Positions 55,304-64,000 of a stretch of 64,000 bases of DNA are shown one piece after another; positions within the stretch are counted from its first letter, which is position 1, and each line of letters starts with the position of its first letter. A program made the position numbers and the translations under genes. The stretch is from NCBI GenBank assembly GCA_002245135.1, contig NGBS01000606.1:1-64000 (forward strand). The letters are read 5' to 3'. The stretch comes from Proteromonas lacertae (lineage: Eukaryota). Below the pieces are notes generated by a model that was given only the letters and a program-made list of their open reading frames with translations, was not told the origin of the DNA and made no database searches.

Positions 55304-56776
55304 CTACATAATTACACAACCAGGAGTTTTTTCTTGAATATGATCAGCTTTCTAATTGATTATATTACTAAGAAAAGATATACTTTCAATTCATTTACGC
55401 CTTGTTCAGTTGCACTTAATGCATTTGCTGTATTATCTTCTATTTTATTAACCATTTCTCCTTGTTCATTCACCATATTAGCTACTTCTTTAAATGTTTC
55501 ATTCACAACTTTCATATCACTCTAATATATATATAATATAATATAATATAAATAAATACATGTAATTGTCTAATTTGTTCATTTCTTTCATTCACTATTT
55601 GTTCCATTATATCTACATCACTAACTGCAACTTTGGATAATTGTTTGCTTATTTCATATTCTTCTTGAGTTTGTTCTACAAAGTTACCACTTTGATCATA
55701 ATATCCACTATATATATATATATGTTATTATTATAATCATTATATATATACTATTTCTGTTTTACTTCATCAGTAATTGGATTTGGAAATTTCTTCAACA
55801 TGATATTATACTTTGTATTAAACGCTTGATATTTCTCAATCTCTTTCTCTATATCTTTTTGTATTTTTTGAGCTATTATAATTAATATATAAACGCAACA
55901 TATATTTATACCATCAATTTTTGATTTTTCATCTGTATTATTCTTCAATACATCTTCATTATAGAATTTAGTCTATTTTACAGAATAATAAAAAAAACAA
56001 TAACATACATCTTTCAATTTTCTTTCACCTTCAGCATAATTCATTTTTATTACATCTCTTATCTTTTGAGTGTCACCTGCTCCTCCTATTCTTGAAGATA
56101 ATTGTTCAGCATTTGTTCTATGTCTTGATACTTCCTGCAAATTTTTAATAATCTAAATATAATAAAGTATAAACATATTCTAAATAAAAAATATACGATT
56201 TTTATTAATTCCTTCTTGTCATTCACTTTGGGTAATTCTGGTGTAGATTTTGAGATTAAATCAGGAACTTTCGGATAATAAGAATCTGATTCTTCTTCTT
56301 TTGGAATTCTTGTTCTTTTCCAAACACGTTGACGAAAGATCTTTGGCCATGTTTGAATGAATACTTTTTTGACTCCTTTCATATCTTTAAATGCTTGTAG
56401 GTTTTGAGCATATAACCAACCTTCTGGATCTGTGAATCTTGTATGATCTATTTTCCAGTTTACTGTCCATTGATAATTCTTTGGACACTTTGATGATTCA
56501 ATTTCAAGTGTACTACAATAACTAAACATCATAAATTATACTCCATCATAACATAATCTTGATCAGCTATCAATTCTCCAGTATTTTCATCTACATTGCT
56601 CCAATTATCTTTCTCTCTATTGTATAGTTGAGTTTGATAAACCTAGTAAATAGTAGTAGTTATTATTCTTACTTTTTGAACAATACCATTTGTTTCATCC
56701 TCTTTCATTAAATTCAATTTCTCTAAAAGATATATCCAAACATAATACTAACTGGATTAGCCTTTTGAAAAGCCAT
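55304..56776 (-). CDS. Qa-SNARE (syntaxin-7/12/Pep12-like) with N-terminal DysF domain and C-terminal CaaX (CVIM)
   Basis: DysF motif WKID...DPEGWLYA...RQRVWKRTR; Habc-like IGGAGDTQKIR; SNARE motif FKEVANMVNEQGEMVNKIE; ends KTPGCVIM-stop. Confidence 0.8.
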
Positions 56777-56877
56777 TTTTAGATTCAGCTTGGCTTGATA
56801 GTTATTTTAATTTTTAAATTTTAAACCCTTTTATAGAAGCTATTGTATATTTGGTTATTAAATTTCTGTATTAAACA

Positions 56878-57116
56878 ATGTCATCATCCATAAAAGAAGC
56901 TCAAGAAGCAATGAACAGTATATATAAAACGTTTTACGTATTGTAGCAATATATGAAATATCAAACATTCTCAACACAGGATTAGACAGAGAATCTTTAT
57001 CATTGTTGGTTGCTCTATGTGAAAATGGAGTGAATCCAGATTCATTATCAATGGTTGTGAAAGAAATCAGACATGATAGTTCAACAGTTAAAGAAAAGTC
57101 TGTAGAAGGGAAATAA
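56878..57116 (+). CDS. MZT1: Mitotic-spindle organizing protein 1 (MOZART1), absent from the ORF track
   Basis: IYEISNILNTGLDRESLSLLVALCENGVNPDSLSMVVKEIR; one 29-nt intron. Confidence 0.92.
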
Positions 57117-57208
57117 AGTAATTTAATATATAATCTGTTTTTCTTTGTGGTAAATGTTGTTAGAAGAAAAGAATCTATACACAAGCATTAATATTGATAC
57201 TTATTACT

Positions 57209-57571
57209 CTATTCATCTTCTTTTGGAGGTGGAGGTCCACATGGTTGCAACATTTTCTATAAATATGTTAAAAGAATAGATATACTTCAAATAATTCATA
57301 TCTACATCTTTCAACTGGAACATTTTCAGCAAGTGCGAAGTAATATAACATATCAATATGTCCCATGTGAGAAGCTATTGTATCACGATGATGATTTACT
57401 GCAAATTCACTGTAACAAATATAAAATGTAAAATAATACTGTCTAGTAATATCTGGATGACCAGTTCCTACATATTTATTTTGTAAATGCTCCCAGTTTC
57501 TTGAAAATGAAACATTCACATTGAATCTATCTGTGTTAGACTATTACATGATAAAAATAATGCTATACCAT
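57209..57571 (-). CDS. SF3B5: Splicing factor 3B subunit 5
   Basis: EHLQNKYVGTGHPD, HRDTIASHMGH and KMLQPCGPPP; an intron lies directly after the ATG. Confidence 0.95.
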
Positions 57572-57673
57572 TTATTATAAACGAAAAAAAGAGAATTAAT
57601 TATTCTATAAAAACTTGGCTTGAATTTACAAAATATATTCGTTACAAAATTCAATAAAAACAATTAAAAATAC

Positions 57674-59480
57674 TTATTTCTTTATTCCTAATACTTCACA
57701 TAATGTAGAATTCAGCATTTCATTATGTGGAACAGAATTTTTATTTAATAAACTTCCATTTATATCATTTTCTAAATCATTGTTATTATCACTCTTCTTT
57801 TCTAATTTCACCTTATTATCTAAAATATCAATCAACTCTTTTGTATCCCAATACTTTTTACTTAATAAACTTTCTTTATTATACAACAAATCTTTATAAT
57901 TATCAAACCATCCTTTCAACATTTTTCCTGGAATAACTACAAAAGAATCACCTTGATAAGCTAAAGGAATATTCAACTTTGGAATAAGGCAATTACTAAC
58001 TACTTTCTTTGTTACTGTATTTAATAAAATACCTCTTCCTGTTTCATAAGTTATATCACTTGGATATCTCTTTAAATTGGATTTATAACTATCGAATTTT
58101 ATAGCTAATGATTTTAATATAAGGCATATTGCGATTGAACTACTACATCTCTGTAAATTCACTATTTAAATATAAATATAATAAGAAAATACATATATTT
58201 AAATCATTTCGGTTTAATCTATTACTAAAAAATCGATTGTAATTATCCAATTCTCTAATTCCAAGAGATATGTTATTCGTATAAATGCAACTACTACAAA
58301 AACTATCCAATATTCTTATTGTTTCATTTTCATTACTCTTTCTGTTATTATTATTATTATAGTTGTTGTTGTATAAGAATTTATCTTTATATTCTTTATA
58401 ATACTTTATACAGTTTTTCATATCATTTTTTCTACCATTTCCTACAATTAATAAACAATAACTAATCACATCAGGCGTTATATTATTTTCTTTCATTTCA
58501 TCAAGTACTCTATTTACTTCATCAAAATATTTGTTGTTGCACAAATAATTTAGTAATATATTGTATGTATAATTATTCATTTTATAACCATTCTTTTTTA
58601 TATCATTATAAAACAACATTGCATCAGAGTATTTGTTATTCTCCAAAAACATAGATAAAATAGAATTCAATAACACTATATTGGGTATATATCCTTTACT
58701 TTGCATTTCATCAAAGTATTGCAAAACTTCTTCCATTTTTCCACATTTTCTTAATGCATTTATTATATTATTATAACTTCTTTCATCAACTACATTCATA
58801 GATTTTAAATATTCAAATATTTCAACACATTCTCGATAGTAATGACTTTTTCCAGAAGCAATTATTCCATTCTCAAAATCCATACGGTTTATATTCATGT
58901 TATTATTCTTCATAAAACTGTATACATTGTATATTTGTTTCGCATATCCAAATTGAGCAAATCCACAGATTAATTCATGACAAAGTTGTTCATTCTTTAA
59001 ATTACAGTTTTGTAATACATATTTTAATAAGTGTTTGTATTGATCTGGATTACTCTTACTTCTTCTATATATGCTTAAAGCATATGACATACTATTATTG
59101 TACAATATTTAAATATCTATACTCAACTGCAGATAATTCTCTTGATGAAAATTTTGTCAATAAATATTCCATTCTCTCTAGCTCATGGTAATTAGGCTTT
59201 ACATTATTCATCAAACCAGTTGCTATTTGTCTTATTACTGTTGAACATTCACTGTAGGAAGAATTTATATCTAAATCCATAATTGATATTCTATTTCTAT
59301 TGCTTTATATCTGCATCTATACTTTGGAATAGTTTTACTAGATTCTTTGAATGTATCAAAAGGAACTCTATTGTATGATCTTGAAAATAGATTAACTGTA
59401 TTTCTGTAACACACTTTATTTATACTGAAAGATGTATATATTAGTTTCTTAGAAAATAGACGAGAAAAATGAAAAATCAT
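57674..59480 (-). CDS. Organelle-targeted PPR protein with a divergent SMR-like C-terminal domain
   Basis: Presequence-like MIFHFSRLFSKK; PPR repeats (SYNNIINALRKCGKMEEVLQYFDEM, TYNILLNYLC); LNLQRCS...YETGRG; three introns. Confidence 0.8.
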
Positions 59481-59708
59481 TTTGTTACTAAAAATCAATT
59501 CGTTTCATTATTATTTAAATTATCAGAACACATTAAATACATAAGCAATCAATAATATTTATAACATTTACTACTTAATGTTTTATAATTATTTTGATAA
59601 CACTTTTTTTCCTTCTTCTTTTATTCATTTTACATAAAAGGTTAAATATTTACACAATAAACAAATTAACAATAATATTATATAATAATAAATGTAAATA
59701 TTTTATTA

Positions 59709-61153
59709 CTATTCTGATTTTTCTTCATTTTTATCACTCTCTTCAGTTGGAGTGGGAGTAGGAGTAAATATGGCATATTGAGGCATTGGTACTTTCTCTA
59801 TATATAAATATATAATAACAATATTATACTCTTCTTTTTAGGCTTAGGTGGTTCATATATTGGAGTTTGAGTTGGATTTAATGGATCAACATACAAAGAT
59901 AGACTTGAACTTTTACTAATTGATTTAACCAAATCTGGAGAAACAGAAGGAGGTGGAAGAGCTATTGTATTATCTGATGAAGGAGGAGGAGGAGCAGTAG
60001 AAGGAGATGGTCTTGGAGTTGAATTGGAAGATGAATTATTTGATTGAATTACTATATTAATTATAATAATAATATTATATATATACCTGAATCAGTAGGT
60101 GGTGGTGGTGGAGGAGCAGTATCTTCTTCTTGAGGAATTGGATTACCATTTTCATCAACAATTATCCATCTTTTTAATTCCTTATCATACACAGCTTTAT
60201 TAGTCTTCTTTTCTAAATTAACTATCTTTACATTACTTGGTAAGAATATTCCTCTAAGAAATCCAAATACACCTCCACCTCCACTACTACTTCCACTACT
60301 ATTATTACTCTCTTTTGGAGATACTGGAGATGGTTTTGGTGTTGCTGGTTAATGCAGGGCTTGAGGTAGGCTTGGGATTATTTTCACTATCAGGTTTAGG
60401 TGATTGATATGTAATGGAATTATTATTTGATGTATTTGATGGTATTGTTGTTGTTGTTGTTGTTATTGTTGTTGTTGTATTTGGTAATTGTGGAGATGAA
60501 TAATCATTTGTATTATTACTAGGGGGAGATTTCATGTAAGGATTATTAATGTTGGATTGTACTATAGGTGATATTGGATTAGTAGAAGTTGATGAAGATG
60601 AAGTTGTTGATAATAACATTGCAGATTGATTGATCTGTCTTTCTTTTTCCTTTTCACTTTTATCATTATTATATGCTTCTGTTCCATCAACGATTGAATT
60701 AATTGCATTATCAAATTGATGAAATACTGTTGAAAACCAACTTGAACTCTTTAAATTACGAGTCTCTTTCTCTACTGTTTTTTCATCTAATCTCAGTCGA
60801 TTTTGAATTAATGATATTTCATTTTTTACATGTTTTACAAACACAGAATTACTGCTATTCCCTTTTACACTTTCTATACATGCTTTTACATCATAAAAGT
60901 ACTTCTCAGCTTTATCAAGAAAACCATAAGAGATTAATGTATGAATAAATAATAATTTTATTGATAAATATGACATACTGCTCTTTTCACCTTTATTTTT
61001 CATTGATAATATATAACTATATATTTCAGTAGCGTTACAAACTTGTGGATTTAATAACATTCTATTTAAATCACCACATCTATGATTACCACCAATAAAC
61101 ACCATTTTTGATTGACTTTTCATTTCTTCTAAATCCATTCCAATTAACTATTT

Positions 61154-61202
<49 letters not shown>

Positions 61203-64000
61203 TACAATATAACAGGAATGTGCAGCAGCAAAATCACCACTTAAAAGCAACGAATCTCCCAATTCTTTCATATTCTTATCATAACTTACACTATTCGTAG
61301 ATAAAAACGAATATAACAAATGTTTCCAATTACTAATACTACTATTTGGGTTAGAAGATAAAGAATCAGAAAAATGAGTATAAAATGAAGGTAATAAACT
61401 ATCTTGAGGGAATATATGATTATTAAACTTTTGTACAATATTTCCAAACCCTTTCGATCCTCCAGATGAACTGATTATTAATGCATGAGACCATAATTCC
61501 TTAGATATTGCCAAGTCAATTGCTTCATGTAATTTACCATGTAATAATAAAGACTCTATTTCATTTAACGCCTTTTCTTGTTCTTCTACTGGAACTGTTT
61601 TTATATTATATTTCCTTTCAATTACCGTCTCTTCTGGTGGTTTTAAGAAATTCAATAATTCAGTTGGTGGATGAGATAATAAATCAATTTCTCCTTTATT
61701 TTCTAATAAATACTTTAAACTAAGCCATAATATTTTCCAAGAACTTGTTATTGAACATAAACATAGTTCTTTTTCGATATAAAATAATAAATCTTCTAAT
61801 TTTGTATCTTTATTTAATGGTCCAGGAAAATATCTTTCACATACGATCGATTTATTATCTCTAATCACTTCATTCAAATGATTAATTACTATTGCACCAT
61901 TTCTATTGTTATTAGGTTTCATTACTAATAATTGACCTCTATAACCGAATTTGATTATTGGTTTTATTCTATTCATATCTTCACTCTGGTTCATTGTAGT
62001 ATTAGCAGAAGATGATGGAATTGATGATGATGATGATGATTGTCTTTGTGAAATGTTTAAACTAGGGATGGGTATTCTATTGTTATATCCAGTTTTATTA
62101 TTTATTGGATTAAATATTGGTGGAGGTATTGGCTTCTTATGTAAGTTTCTTGAATCAGTTTTTTTACTATCTTTCTTTGTGGCATTTGGATAGAATGATG
62201 CTGGATTTACTACTTCTGTAGTATTTGCTGTTGTAGTTGTAGTTGTTTGTTCTAAATTTGGTTGTACAATTTGAGATGGTGTTAGTGTTGGAGTGGCAAA
62301 CTGTTGTTGTTGTTGTTGTTGTTGTTGTTGTGGAGATGTTGTTTGTACTTTGGGTGAAACACTTTGTGGAACGATATTAACAGAAGGAATGAATGGCAAT
62401 GGAGGTGGTGGAACATGATTCTTAAATTTTGTATTTGTTCTAACTGAGGATTTTGATAATGGAGGTTGTTGTTGTTGAGGTTGTTTTTCAGTTGTACGAG
62501 ATGGAAGAATAGGAGATGGACTTGGGAAAAATTTATGAGTAGCATTAGTTGTAGGATTTGGTGTAGTAGACAATGAAGAAGAGGATGTATTAACAGGTAT
62601 TGGAGTGGCTACTTGAGAATTTGGCTGACTTATAACTATTGGTTTCTTGGTGAATGGATTAATGGTTGGTTTTGGAGCATTTGTTGAAAATGGAGATGCT
62701 ATTGTAGCTGGAGCTTTTGCTGTTGTTGAACTGTATTTCTGCTTCTGTTGTTGTTGTAGTTGTTGAAATGGTGTTGGAGGTGGAGCGTTTGGAAATGGAG
62801 TATTAGCAGATCCATTCATTCTAATAAATAAAAATATAATACAATATTATATATACGGAGTATTACTTGTATCTAATACATTACCACTGTTTATTAATGC
62901 ACCTGGTTGTACAACTTCACCATCATTAGTTGTTATAACAGTTGGAAAAGATGTTTCTACTGTTACAGTGTTACGAATAATTGGTGGTGATGAGAATATT
63001 GATTCAGCATCAGGTTCTTTAGCAGGAGGAAATAATGTTGGAGGAGGAGGAGGTGGGATATTAGAAGTATTGATAGGTTCTTCTGTTTTATTTGGAATTG
63101 ATGGTGAATTATTTAAATTGGTAGGAAAACTTAAACTATCAATAACACAAGGAGGAGGCTGATTCTGATTTAGCAATTTCTGATAAACTAATTACTTTTG
63201 TAGTAGTAGTTGTTGTTGTAGAAGGTGGTGGTTTATCGAATATACTTGCTAGTATTATCATCATCAGCAAGGGGAGATTTACCAAATAAATCATTACTAT
63301 TGGAGGATTGAAATAATGTGTCTGGCGGTGGTGGTGGTGATAGTGATGTGTTATTATCCTTATTTTGATTGGAATAATGATTATTATTATCAAATTCGCT
63401 AATTAGTGGAGAAGGTGGAAAATCTAAAGATGATTGTTTAAATAAATCAACTGGTGGTGGTGGAGGTAAGAGTTTTGATTCTGATTTGGGTTTATTATCT
63501 TCTTGAATATTGTTATTGTACACGGTTGATTCTTGCTTTTCTTCACCATTATGTTGTTCTGTTGATGTATTATTTGTGACTTGTAATGTGGAATTATTCT
63601 CTACACTCTCATTCTCTTTTACTTCTACTTTTTCTTCATTACTAACTGGTTTTTCTTCTACTGGAATTGTTGGAGGAGAATAAACATCCTCTTCTTCTCC
63701 TTTTTCTTCTTCATTTCTAATTGGTTCTTCTACAGTTGATATTGGAATAACTGGATGAGGTGGAGGAGGAGGTAAAGTAGAATAAACATCATCCTCTCCT
63801 TCTCTTTTTTCTTCTTCATTTCTAATTGGTTTTTCTTCTACTGAAATAACTGGAGGAGGTGGAGGAGGTGGCAAATTTGAATAAACATCATCTTCTTCTC
63901 CTTTTTCTTCTTTTACATTTTCATTGCCATTATCATTACTTTCTTCAGTAACACCTATTGGTATTGATGGTGGTGGAGGCGGTGGTGGTAATGAAGAATA
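59709..64000 (-). CDS. SEC16: COPII scaffold Sec16; 5' end lies beyond the window
   Basis: Motifs KFGYRGQL, FPGPL, WSHALIIS and AAAHSCY; C-terminal YDKELKRW; Pro-rich termini; several 1-bp indels. Confidence 0.85.
61155..61201. repeat. Intronic (TAA)n microsatellite
   Basis: Trinucleotide run inside a Sec16 intron; it produces the spurious poly-Tyr in the ORF track. Confidence 0.9.

Noticed and set aside
56858..57184. 108-aa minus-strand ORF
   Set aside because: It is the antisense shadow of the spliced MZT1 gene.
60280..63250. Frameshifts in Sec16 (~63250, ~63158, ~60346, ~60272) as RNA editing or recoding
   Set aside because: They share no sequence context and are consistent with sequencing indels.
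1..64000. Blastocystis-type stop codons created by polyadenylation
   Set aside because: Every gene end I reconstructed has a genomic TAA, TAG or TGA, and I saw no TGTTTGTT motif at a truncated end.
1..64000. Alternative genetic code (stop codon reassignment)
   Set aside because: The in-frame stops are explained by introns or indels, and all three stop codons terminate genes.
1..64000. CRISPR arrays, rRNA, tRNA or intact transposons
   Set aside because: None seen; repeats are limited to microsatellites, paralog tracts and coding repeats.

Overview
Very AT-rich (roughly 25% GC by eye), gene-dense eukaryotic DNA. It has tiny GT-AG introns (mostly about 23-45 nt, donor usually GTAT) and short intergenic spacers, often 40-150 bp. 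This organisation suggests a Blastocystis/Proteromonas-like stramenopile, which is an inference; CEP131 and MZT1 point to a centriole or flagellum, and uS5m plus a PPR protein to an organelle that keeps a genome. About 28 intron-containing genes were reconstructed by hand, including a tandem trio of membrane-anchored S8 subtilases, PARG, DMXL/Rav1, Nup54, PP2C, MZT1, SF3B5 and Sec16. The main finding is five hidden, longer introns (about 40-64 nt) with AT-AC, AT-AA or possibly AT-AT ends and a divergent U12-like donor, ATATC(A/T)TTT. One of them is present in only one of three tandem paralogs, which suggests turnover of minor introns. Other highlights are a dCache-7TM-RGS receptor, a DysF-syntaxin ending in CaaX with no transmembrane anchor, tandem kinases with OGFr-like and unrecognised repeat modules, and an intronless bacteria-like DUF1295 gene. 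Scattered 1-bp indels look like long-read assembly errors. All family calls come from motif recognition; no database search was run.
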